From the NCBI GenBank assembly GCA_963777795.1, contig CAVZRM010000001.1, forward strand, positions 485,460-549,459: 64,000 nt of DNA. Direction: 5' to 3'. The position numbers and the translations under genes are program-made. The notes beneath the pieces were generated by a model. That model was given only the letters and a program-made list of their open reading frames with translations. It had not been told where the DNA came from and ran no database searches. Numbering within the stretch: the stretch's first letter is position 1; every line of letters begins with the position of its first letter. Positions 1 to 8,355 of the stretch are shown piece by piece. The stretch comes from an uncultured Alphaproteobacteria bacterium (GTDB lineage Bacteria; Pseudomonadota; Alphaproteobacteria; Sphingomonadales; Sphingomonadaceae).

Positions 1-1
1 T

Positions 2-871
2 GCCGGAATGGACAATGTCGTCAAGACGATCGACCGCGTCGGCATCGGCAAATACGATCCCTACCTGTCCTTCGCGCTGGGCGCGGGCGACACCACCGTG
101 CTGCAGATGGTCAACGCCTATTCGGCGCTGGCCAACCAGGGGGTGCAATATCCCGCAACGCTGATTGACTATGTCCAGGCGCGCAGCGGCAAGGTTATCT
201 GGCGAGCCGACACGCGGCGCTGCACCGCCTGCAAAATGGCTCAGTGGGACGGCAAACCGATGCCGCGCCTCGCCGCGCGCGGCAAGCAGGTGATCGATCC
301 GCGCACCGCCTATCAGACCGTCCACATGCTCGAAGGCGTTGTCACGCGCGGCACGGCGGAAGTGCTGCGCGACCTCAAGCTGCCGATTTTCGGCAAGACC
401 GGGACGACATCGGGCCCGACCAATGTCTGGTTCATCGGCGGCTCGCAGCGTTTCATGACCGGGGTCTATCTCGGCTATGACCAGCCGCGATCGCTCGGCG
501 GCTATGCCCAGGGCGGCCGGGTCGCCGCGCCGATCGTCAAGCAGCTGATCCAGGCGACGCTGCCGCGCTGGAGCCGGTTGCCGGCGGTCGCCCCCGCCGA
601 TGTCCACATGGTCAAGGTCGACCGGGTCACCGGCAAGCGCGCCTTTGCCGGCGATCCGGGCGACGATCCCAAGTCATCGCTGATCTGGGAAGCCTTCAAG
701 GCCGATACCGAGCCCAAGCGCTCGACCCAGCTCGATGAGTTCGAGAGCCGCCGCGATGCGCTGATCGCGCAGATCCGCCGCGGCCCGCAGGTCCGCGCGG
801 CGCAGCAGCAGCAACGCGGGCAGGCCGCCGAGGCCGGGGATTTCGTCGAGGAACAGGGCGGCGTCTATTAA
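2..871 (+). CDS. mrcA: Penicillin-binding protein 1A, C-terminal transpeptidase part (5'-truncated by window edge)
   Basis: SFALGAG, KTGTT transpeptidase motif, WFIGG...GVYLGYDQP, and a PBP1A-type C-terminal tail; the frame is open to the window start. Confidence 0.85.
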   Translation, partial: AGMDNVVKTIDRVGIGKYDPYLSFALGAGDTTVLQMVNAYSALANQGVQYPATLIDYVQARSGKVIWRADTRRCTACKMAQWDGKPMPRLAARGKQVIDPRTAYQTVHMLEGVVTRGTAEVLRDLKLPIFGKTGTTSGPTNVWFIGGSQRFMTGVYLGYDQPRSLGGYAQGGRVAAPIVKQLIQATLPRWSRLPAVAPADVHMVKVDRVTGKRAFAGDPGDDPKSSLIWEAFKADTEPKRSTQLDEFESRRDALIAQIRRGPQVRAAQQQQRGQAAEAGDFVEEQGGVY

Positions 872-913
872 ACCCTCGCGCAGGGCCACCCCACCGGCAA
901 GCCCAGCGAACAA

Positions 914-931
914 TTGACACGATCATGTCAA
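914..931. promoter_or_regulatory. Palindromic operator / -35 element upstream of the MarR gene
   Basis: Perfect inverted repeat TTGACA-cgatca-TGTCAA 17 bp before the ATG at 949; the left arm is a consensus -35. Confidence 0.5.
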
Positions 932-948
932 ACTGACACATTGTTACC

Positions 949-1413
949 ATGCATGGCAAATTCGATTCGCGTCACCCCCTGGTCGGCCTCTCGGACGAAC
1001 TGATCCGGCTGAATGGCCGGCTGAAAAGCCTGTTCGCCGCGGCGCGGCGCGGGGCGGGGCTGGGCGATTCGGAGATGGGCGTGCTCAACGCCGTGGTCGA
1101 GGCGGACCGGTCGCCGACCGTGCCGCAGATCGGTCGCTCGTTCGGCCAGCCGCGCCAGCTGGTGCAGCGCGCCGCCAATTCGCTGATCGCGGCGGGGCTG
1201 ATCGAAGCGGTGCCCAATCCCGATCACAAGCGCGCGGTGCTGTTGCGTGCGACGGAAAGCGGCGTGGCGCTAAAACGCGAGATCGACCTGCGCGCCGATG
1301 GTCTGGCCGATGGTGTTGCCAAGGGGCTCGACGCCGAGGCGATCAGTACGGCAACCCGCGCGCTTGGCGAAATTCGCCGCAATCTCGAAGCCCAGTTGCG
1401 CGCCGCGAATTGA
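949..1413 (+). CDS. MarR-family winged-helix transcriptional regulator
   Basis: 154 aa; TVPQIGRSFGQPRQLVQRAANSLIAAGLIE HTH and PNPDHKRAVLLRAT wing. Confidence 0.85.
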   Translation: MHGKFDSRHPLVGLSDELIRLNGRLKSLFAAARRGAGLGDSEMGVLNAVVEADRSPTVPQIGRSFGQPRQLVQRAANSLIAAGLIEAVPNPDHKRAVLLRATESGVALKREIDLRADGLADGVAKGLDAEAISTATRALGEIRRNLEAQLRAAN

Positions 1414-1428
1414 AGGGAGAAAACCAGC

Positions 1429-2499
1429 ATGGAAGCCAGTCTCGACGACCTTGCGCCGATCGGCCCGCTGACCGGCTGGCTCGATGCGCATGTGCCGGAA
1501 CTGGGCAAAGGGCCGCTCAAGCGCGAACTGCTGCATGGCGGCACGTCGAACGTCGTCTTCACGCTCAATCGCGGCGGCATCGACATGGTCATGCGCCGTC
1601 CGCCCGCCGTGCCGCCGCCTGGAGCGGAAAGGGGCGTGCTGCGCGAGGCGCGGGTGCTTTCCGCGCTCAACGGTACCGAGGTGCCGACGCCGGTGTGCTA
1701 TGGTGCCTGCGAGGATGTCTCGGTGATCGGCGGCTGTTTCTATGTCATGGAAAAGGTCGAAGGCTGGGCACCCAACCTGCGCGACGAGAAGATCCATAAC
1801 CTGCCGCCGTTCGACAAGATGCCTTACGAATATGGCATTGCCTATGCCATCGTCGGCGGGCTGCAATTGCTAGCCAATGTCGATTACAAGGCGGTCGGGC
1901 TCGCGGACTACGGCAAACCGGGCAGTTTCCTCGCGCGGCAGGTGGAGCGCTGGTCGAGCCAGCTCAAGAGCTATCCCGAAAAGTACAAGGGCTACACCGC
2001 CCGCCACTTCGAAGGCTACGATGCCGTCGAGGACTGGCTGCGCAACAACACGCCAACGAGGGAAGTCACCGGCATCATCCACGGCGATGTCGGCACACCC
2101 AATGTGATGTTTCGCCACGGCCCGCCCGCCCGGATCGCCGCCTTCATCGATTGGGAGCTATCGACCATCGGCGATCCGATGCTCGATCTGGGCTGGTTCA
2201 CCGGCGGCATGCGTGACGAGCGGTTTCCCGACCTGACCAATGCCAGCGGCCTCAGCGATCCAGCCAGGTCGCCGACCCGGCAGGAACTGGTGCGCTACTA
2301 TTGCGCCGGCACAGGCCGCGATCCGGCGGAGATCGACTACTACACGCTGCTTGCCGGATTCAAGTCGGGCTGCCTGCTCGAATACAAGGTGGCGCAGGCG
2401 GCGGCGGGGATTCTGCCGCAAGATGTCGGCAAGTTTTTCGCGCGGATTGTCGAGGAGAATTTCAAGAAGAACGCCGAATTCATCCGGCGGATTTCGTAA
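1429..2499 (+). CDS. APH/phosphotransferase-family kinase (ACAD10/11 N-domain, LvaA-like)
   Basis: GGTSN, LREARVLSAL, FYVMEKVEG, IHGDVGTPNVMF (Brenner motif), IDWELSTIGDPMLDLGW. Confidence 0.85.
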   Translation: MEASLDDLAPIGPLTGWLDAHVPELGKGPLKRELLHGGTSNVVFTLNRGGIDMVMRRPPAVPPPGAERGVLREARVLSALNGTEVPTPVCYGACEDVSVIGGCFYVMEKVEGWAPNLRDEKIHNLPPFDKMPYEYGIAYAIVGGLQLLANVDYKAVGLADYGKPGSFLARQVERWSSQLKSYPEKYKGYTARHFEGYDAVEDWLRNNTPTREVTGIIHGDVGTPNVMFRHGPPARIAAFIDWELSTIGDPMLDLGWFTGGMRDERFPDLTNASGLSDPARSPTRQELVRYYCAGTGRDPAEIDYYTLLAGFKSGCLLEYKVAQAAAGILPQDVGKFFARIVEENFKKNAEFIRRIS

Positions 2500-2506
2500 A
2501 TAACAG

Positions 2507-2626
2507 TCCTCCCCGAGCTTGTCTCGGGGAGGGGGACCGCCCGGGTAGCGGGTGGTGGAGGGTAAGGAAGTACCCCTCCGCCAGCCCTGAAGGGCTGCCA
2601 CCTCCCCGAGACAAGCTCGGGGAGGA
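2507..2626. mobile_element. MITE/REP-like element with 26-bp perfect terminal inverted repeats
   Basis: tcctccccgagcttgtctcggggagg (2507-2532) is the exact reverse complement of cctccccgagacaagctcggggagga (2601-2626); intergenic. Confidence 0.75.
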
Positions 2627-2641
2627 TCAAGGAGAGAGACC

Positions 2642-3955
2642 ATGATCGATTTCAGCGTAGAGCCACTCTTCCAGGCCAAGCTCGACTGGATGAACCTGTT
2701 CGTCCGCGAGGAATGCGAGACGATGGACCTGCTCTGGCCCGAGATGGGCGCGTGCTTCGACACCAGGAACGAAAGCGCACGCAAACATCTGAAACCCTTA
2801 CAGGATCAGGTCAAGGCGCAGGGGTTGTGGGCCTGTCACCTCGGCCCGCATCTCGGCGGACCGGGATACGGCCAGATCAAGCTCGGGCTGATGAACGAGA
2901 TCATCGGCCGCTCGAACTGGGCGCCGACGGTGTTCGGCACCGCCGCGCCCGACACCGGCAATGCCGAAATCCTCGCCCTGTTCGGCACGCCGGAGCAAAA
3001 GGCGAAATATCTCGAACCGCTGATGGCGGGCGATATCGTCTCGTGCTTCTCGATGACCGAGCCGCAGGGCGGGGCCGATCCCGGCGAGTTCACTTGCAAG
3101 GCGACGCTTGAAGGCAATGAGTGGGTGATCGAGGGCGAGAAGTGGTTCTCCTCCAACGCCAAGCTCGCCGCCTTTCTGCTGGTCATCGCCGTCACCGATG
3201 CCGATGCCCCGATCACCAGCCGCATGAGCATGTTCATCGTGCCGGCCGAAACCCCGGGGATCAACATCCTGCGCAATGTCGGCATTCCCGGCGACCTGCC
3301 CGAGGACGGCCACCACGCGCATATCCGCTATGAGAAAGTGCGCATTCCGCTCGATCACATGCTCGGGGAGCGGGGCGGCGGCTTCAAGGTGGCGCAGGCG
3401 CGGCTTGGCGGCGGGCGCATCCATCACGCGATGCGCACGGTCGGCAAATGCCAGCGCTTCATCGACATGATGCTCGAGCGCGCAGTGTCGCGCCGCACCC
3501 GCGGGCGGATGCTGGGCGATCACCAGTTCGTCCAGGGCAAGATCGCCGATTCGGTGATCCAGCTCGAACAGTTCCGCCTGCTGGTGCTCAAGACCGCGTG
3601 GATCATTGACGAGATCGAGGCCGGCCGCATGCCGCATGGCGCGGCGCGCAACCACATCGGCATGTGCAAGGTGGCGATGGCCAGCGTCTATGGCGACATC
3701 GCCGGCAAGGCGCTCGAAGTGCACGGCTCGCTCGGCATTTCGCAGGACATGCCGCTGGGCGCGGCGTTCGGCGGCTATATGAGCCTGGCCTTCGCCGACG
3801 GGCCGACCGACGCGCACCGCTCGCAGCTTGCGCGTGCCTACCTCAAGCAGACCAGGCCCGCGCCGGGCATGTTCCCCAGCGAACATATCCCGACCCGCAC
3901 TGCCGCCGCCCGGGCGCGCTATCCCGATGCGCGTTCCGACTGGGGGCCGCTCTGA
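2642..3955 (+). CDS. Acyl-CoA dehydrogenase (ACAD10/11, LvaC-like subfamily)
   Basis: APDTGNAEIL, CFSMTEPQGGAD, GEKWFSSNA, AQARLGGGRIHHAMR, FADGPTDAH. Confidence 0.9.
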   Translation: MIDFSVEPLFQAKLDWMNLFVREECETMDLLWPEMGACFDTRNESARKHLKPLQDQVKAQGLWACHLGPHLGGPGYGQIKLGLMNEIIGRSNWAPTVFGTAAPDTGNAEILALFGTPEQKAKYLEPLMAGDIVSCFSMTEPQGGADPGEFTCKATLEGNEWVIEGEKWFSSNAKLAAFLLVIAVTDADAPITSRMSMFIVPAETPGINILRNVGIPGDLPEDGHHAHIRYEKVRIPLDHMLGERGGGFKVAQARLGGGRIHHAMRTVGKCQRFIDMMLERAVSRRTRGRMLGDHQFVQGKIADSVIQLEQFRLLVLKTAWIIDEIEAGRMPHGAARNHIGMCKVAMASVYGDIAGKALEVHGSLGISQDMPLGAAFGGYMSLAFADGPTDAHRSQLARAYLKQTRPAPGMFPSEHIPTRTAAARARYPDARSDWGPL

Positions 3956-4725
3956 TGGAGCCCCAGAATCGCGACCCGCTGTTCGATTTTACCGGCAAGG
4001 TGGCGCTGGTCACCGGCGGCTCGCGCGGGATCGGCTACCAGATAGTCAAGGCGCTTGCGACGCGCGGTGCCGATGTTATCGTTGCCAGCCGCAAGCTGGA
4101 GAACTGCGAGGCGGTCGCTGCCGAAATGCGCGCGATGGGGCGCAAGGCTCTGGCGATTTCCGCCCATGTCGGCAAATGGGCCGAATGCGACCGGCTGATC
4201 GCTGAAAGCTATGCCGCGTTCGGGCGTGTGGATATCCTGGTGAACAATGCCGGCATGGGCCCCCGCATGCCGAGCCACGAGGTGACCGAACAAATGTTCA
4301 ATTCCGTCGTCAACCTCAACTTCAAGGGGCCATTCCGGCTCGCCAGCCAGGTCGCCAAGCGGATGTTCGACCGGGCCCAGGAAACGGGGGAGGGCGGCTG
4401 CATCATCAATGTCAGCTCGACTGGGGCGCTGATGCAAGTGCCCGAAGTGGTGCCCTATTGCTCGTCCAAGGCGGGGCTCAACGCGATGGCAGGAAGTCTG
4501 GCTGCGGAATATGGCCCGCATGTGCGGGTCAACACGCTGTCTCCGGGCCCCTTCCGCACCGACATTGCCAAGGCCTGGGCCGACGGCGGCGAAGGCCCCT
4601 TCCCCAATCCGCGCGGGATAGCGGCTTTCCCTGAGGACATCATCACGGCGGCGTTGTTCCTGGCGAGCCCGGCATCGGTGAATGTGACGGGATCGCTGGT
4701 GCGCTGCGACGGGGGGCAGCATTAG
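3955..4725 (+). CDS. SDR-family oxidoreductase
   Basis: TGGSRGIG, NNAG, YCSSK catalytic motif; ATG at 3955 overlaps the ACAD stop (TGATG). Confidence 0.9.
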   Translation: MEPQNRDPLFDFTGKVALVTGGSRGIGYQIVKALATRGADVIVASRKLENCEAVAAEMRAMGRKALAISAHVGKWAECDRLIAESYAAFGRVDILVNNAGMGPRMPSHEVTEQMFNSVVNLNFKGPFRLASQVAKRMFDRAQETGEGGCIINVSSTGALMQVPEVVPYCSSKAGLNAMAGSLAAEYGPHVRVNTLSPGPFRTDIAKAWADGGEGPFPNPRGIAAFPEDIITAALFLASPASVNVTGSLVRCDGGQH

Positions 4726-4732
4726 GATCTCC

Positions 4733-4754
4733 CCCTCCCCTGAAGGGGAGGGGC
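4733..4754. repeat. REP-like palindrome ccctcccctgaaggggaggggc (also at ~33121 and ~33334)
   Basis: Intergenic hairpin with near-identical copies at 33121-33142 and 33334-33353. Confidence 0.6.
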
Positions 4755-4773
4755 TTTAGCAAGGGAGAACATC

Positions 4774-5752
4774 ATGCCCCGTGCCGTTATCGCCGATCAG
4801 TTCGGTCCGCCCGAAAGCTATCAACTGCGCGACTATGACCCCGCCCCGCCCGGGCCCGGCCAGGTCCGCGTGGCGATCAGGGCGGCGGGGATCAGCTATG
4901 TCGATGTGCTCACCGCCATGGGCAAATACCAGTTCCACCCGCCGCTGCCCTTCATTCCCGGGCAGCGAATTTGCCGGCGTGGTCGAGGCGCTGGGCGAGG
5001 GGGTGACGACCTTCGCCATCGGCGACCGGGTCAACGGCTCGGGCATGGGCGGTATCTTCGCCGAGGCAAACAATTTCGCAGCGGGCAATGTCAGCAAGAT
5101 TGCCGATTCGATGGACCTCGAGACGGCGGCGGTGTTCCCGGTCAATTACCTCACCGCCTGGCACGCGCTGGTTGATCGCGGCCGGGCGCAGAGCGGCGAG
5201 ACGCTGCTGGTGCTTGGCGCGGCGGGCGGCACCGGCTTTGCCGCGATCCAGGTCGGCAAGCACCTCGGTCTGCGGGTGATCGCCTCGGCGTCGAGCGAAG
5301 GCAAGCGCGCGGTTGCCTTGGCGGGCGGGGCGGATGCTGCGGTCGAAACCGGCGCGCCGGACTGGCGCGATCAGGTCAAGGCGGCCAACCACGGCCAGCC
5401 GATCGACCTGGTGTTCGACGGGGTCGGCGGAGATGCCACCGAGCTTGCCTTCCGCACCCTGGGCTATGACGGGCGGCATCTGGTGATCGGCTTTCCCGCC
5501 GGCATCGCCGCACTCAAGACCAACCTGCCGCTGCTCAAATGCGCAAGCCTGGTCGGCGTGCAGGTGCGCGGGGCAGGGATTGAGCGGCCCGAGACGATGG
5601 CACAGGACCGCCTTGCTGTGCAGGAAATGGTTCGTGCCGGCGTGGTCAGGCCAGCGATTGCAAAGCGCTATGCCCTCGCGGATTACGCCGAGGCGATGAA
5701 TGCGGCCTATGGCGGCAAGGAAGCGGGCCGGATCGTGCTGGTCATGGAATAG
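4774..5752 (+). CDS. NADPH:quinone oxidoreductase (MDR family), +1 frameshift at ~4960
   Basis: N-terminal frame 4774 (GKYQFHPPLPFIPG) continues in the 4781 frame (SEFAGVV, GAAGGTG, VLVME); one extra G in cccgggcagc. Confidence 0.8.
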
Positions 5753-5813
5753 CAGCTTGACCTTGCCAAAGGCGCTGCCGAATGTCGCGGCCGCAAAGAA
5801 ACGGGAGAGCATC

Positions 5814-6797
5814 ATGGTCACCATCGCCGACCTCAAGAAGGAAGCCGAGCAACACGTCCTCTATGTCAAGGACAAGGCGACCAAGATTGCCACCATCACT
5901 TTCAGCCGGCTCGACAAGCACAACACCGCGACCATCGGCATGCGCTCGCGCTTCGGCGAACTGGTGCACAAGGCCAATATCGACGACGATGTGAAAGTGC
6001 TGGTGATCCGCGGCGAGGGCGACAATTTCGGCTCGGGCGGCGATCTCGACGAGCACGGCGATCTCTATCTCAACCCCAAGCCGGGCGACGGCTTCCTGGT
6101 CGATCTCGAAATCGACGATCCCGACGTCAAGTATCCGCCGGTCGGCTCCTACCGCTATCTCCACGGCCTGACCGATTTCTATGCCAAGGCGCGCTCGGGC
6201 AACCGTCCGCTCCAGGAATTCAAGAAAATCAGCATCATCGAGGCCAAGGGCTATTGCTATGGCTGGCACTTTTACCAGTGCGCCGATGCCGACATCATCG
6301 TCGCTTCGGACGACGCGCTGTTCGGTCACCCCTCGTTCCGCTATGCCGGCTGGGGTCCGCGCATGTGGCAGTGGCTCGAAACCGTGGGACTGCGCGCCTT
6401 TTCCGAAATGCTGTTCACCGGCCGCCCGTTCACCGCGCAGGAAATGTACACCGCCAACCGCTTCGTCAATTCGGTGGTGCCGCGCGAACAGCTGGAAGCG
6501 GAAACCGCCAAGTACGCCCACGCCTGCTCGATCACCCGGCCCAACGACGTGGTCGTGGCGCAGAAGACCTTCATCGAGGCCTACAAGCAGTACCGCGGGG
6601 AATATTTCGGCAGCCTGCTGACCGGCTGGCTCGAAGGTATGCTGCCGCTGATGAAGGACGACGGCGCGGCCGACGTCAACCTGGGCAAGGACAGCACCTT
6701 CCAGCAGGGCATCGGCCAGGTGGTCAAGGGCAATGACCTCAACTACCCGGCGGATTGGCGGCTGTCGAAGAAGGGGCGCGAGAGCAACGAGCGATAG
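5814..6797 (+). CDS. Crotonase/enoyl-CoA hydratase-superfamily protein (non-canonical active site)
   Basis: ITFSRLDKHN, VLVIRGEGDNFGSGGDL, ADIIVASDDALFGHP; RBS gggagag before the ATG at 5814. Confidence 0.75.
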   Translation: MVTIADLKKEAEQHVLYVKDKATKIATITFSRLDKHNTATIGMRSRFGELVHKANIDDDVKVLVIRGEGDNFGSGGDLDEHGDLYLNPKPGDGFLVDLEIDDPDVKYPPVGSYRYLHGLTDFYAKARSGNRPLQEFKKISIIEAKGYCYGWHFYQCADADIIVASDDALFGHPSFRYAGWGPRMWQWLETVGLRAFSEMLFTGRPFTAQEMYTANRFVNSVVPREQLEAETAKYAHACSITRPNDVVVAQKTFIEAYKQYRGEYFGSLLTGWLEGMLPLMKDDGAADVNLGKDSTFQQGIGQVVKGNDLNYPADWRLSKKGRESNER

Positions 6798-6961
6798 GCG
6801 CTGCGTACCGGGATGCCACGCGCCATCCTGCGATCGTCGCGCCGCACTGGCCAAGGCCGAGATCAGTGGCGATCCTCCCTTGACGTGTGCCAAACGAATA
6901 TGCGCAATTGCCCCAAGGCGCGCAAACAGTGCGCCCCAAGCTATCGTATGGAGGATGCCCC

Positions 6962-7297
6962 ATGGCCAAATGCAAGCTCGTCGCGCTGACCACCCCGCTG
7001 CCGGGCAAGGAAGCCGAATTCCACGACTGGTATCAGAACGCCCACTTGCCCGAGATCCTCTCGGTTCCCGGATTCGAAGGGGCGCAGCGTTTCAAGCTGG
7101 TTGCCAAGATGATGGGCTCGGATGAAAACCAGTATCTGGCGATCTACGACGCGGAAACCGATGATCCCGGCGCGCTGATGGCAGGGATCGGTGCGCTCGC
7201 CCAGTCGGGCAAGATGACCCCGCCGACGTTCCAGGACATGGCAACGACCTATACCGCGCTGTTCACCGAATGCGCGGACTATGTGAAAGCGGGGTAG
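6962..7297 (+). CDS. EthD/DUF4286-like dimeric alpha-beta barrel protein
   Basis: EFHDWYQNAHLPEILSVPGF...AQRF...YLAIYD pattern. Confidence 0.7.
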   Translation: MAKCKLVALTTPLPGKEAEFHDWYQNAHLPEILSVPGFEGAQRFKLVAKMMGSDENQYLAIYDAETDDPGALMAGIGALAQSGKMTPPTFQDMATTYTALFTECADYVKAG

Positions 7298-7301
7298 GCT
7301 T

Positions 7302-7420
7302 TCCCTCATCCAACTTCGGCTAGGCAACACGTTGCCAAGCCTGCGTATCCTTCTCCCGCATGCGGGAGAAGGAAAGCGCAGCTTGCGAGCATGGCGAGCT
7401 AGCGGAGCTTGGATGAGGGA
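7302..7420. mobile_element. Second MITE/REP-like element
   Basis: Terminal inverted repeat tccctcatccaa ... ttggatgaggga with central palindrome ccttctcccgcatgcgggagaagg; lies between convergent genes. Confidence 0.65.
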
Positions 7421-7422
7421 GT

Positions 7423-8229
7423 CTACCTCCCGAACACCGGCTTGCGCTTCTCGCGCAGCGCGGCGATGCCTTCGCGGTGGTCGGCGCTGCGCACGCTCAA
7501 TGATTCCATGGCGATGCCGGTTTCCATCACCGCGTGGGCGATGCGTTTGAGTTCCAGGTTGGTGAGCACCTTGGTCATGCGGATCGCCCCCATCGCGCCG
7601 GCGAGCAGCTTCTGGCAGAAGGCATCCACTGCCGCGTCGAGCTGATCGAGCGGCAGGCAATGATTGACCAGCCCGATCTCGGCGGCCTTCTGCGCAGTCA
7701 GCAATTCCCCGGTGAACAGGTATTCCTTGGCGCGCGCCAGTCCGATGCGCTGCGCCCAGATCACCGCGCCGCCATCGCCAGCGACCAGGCCGATGCCGAC
7801 ATGCGGATCGCCGATCTTGGCACCTTCGGCGGCGAAGACGATGTCCGAAAGCAGCGCGATGGTCGCGCCGAGGCCGACCGCATGGCCGTTGAGCCGGCAG
7901 ACCACCGGCTTGTCGATGTCGAGCAGGGTATAGACGATGCGTTTCGCCATACGCGCTTCGTGATCGAACAGATGCGGCTGTTCAGCCGAGCGTGCGATAT
8001 GGTCCAGGTCGCCGCCGGCCGAAAACGCGCGGCCCGCGCCGGTGATGACCAGAAGGTCGGACCGGGCGTCGCCCTGCACGAACCACAGCGCCTCGACCAG
8101 TTCGTCGTGCAACTGAAGATTGATCGCATTCATCGCCTCGGGCCGGTTGAGGGTCAGCCGCAGCAGGCGACCTTCGCGGGCGAGCAGCAGGGTCTGGAAC
8201 CGGGGCAGGTCACTCTGGATGTCAGGCAT
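7423..8229 (-). CDS. Crotonase-superfamily protein (PH..G..GD type)
   Basis: LNRPEAMNAIN, TGAGRAFSAGGD, KPVVCRLNGHAVGLG, GDPHVGIGLVAGDGG; ATG at 8229 within the long 7423..9999 frame. Confidence 0.85.
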   Translation of the reverse strand: MPDIQSDLPRFQTLLLAREGRLLRLTLNRPEAMNAINLQLHDELVEALWFVQGDARSDLLVITGAGRAFSAGGDLDHIARSAEQPHLFDHEARMAKRIVYTLLDIDKPVVCRLNGHAVGLGATIALLSDIVFAAEGAKIGDPHVGIGLVAGDGGAVIWAQRIGLARAKEYLFTGELLTAQKAAEIGLVNHCLPLDQLDAAVDAFCQKLLAGAMGAIRMTKVLTNLELKRIAHAVMETGIAMESLSVRSADHREGIAALREKRKPVFGR

Positions 8230-8355
8230 GGGGGCGGGTCTCTCCTCTTGCCCCGTCATAGGCGCTGCGCTGCCGCGATCAACCCGCGCAGGGCCCTTGC
8301 CAAGCGCCGCGCCTTGGTCTTTGGTCGCGACAAACATGCATGAGGAGAGGCGACC

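Noticed and set aside
3664-3954. Longer start for the SDR
   Set aside because: Overlaps the ACAD gene; ATG 3955 gives a canonical SDR with TGATG coupling
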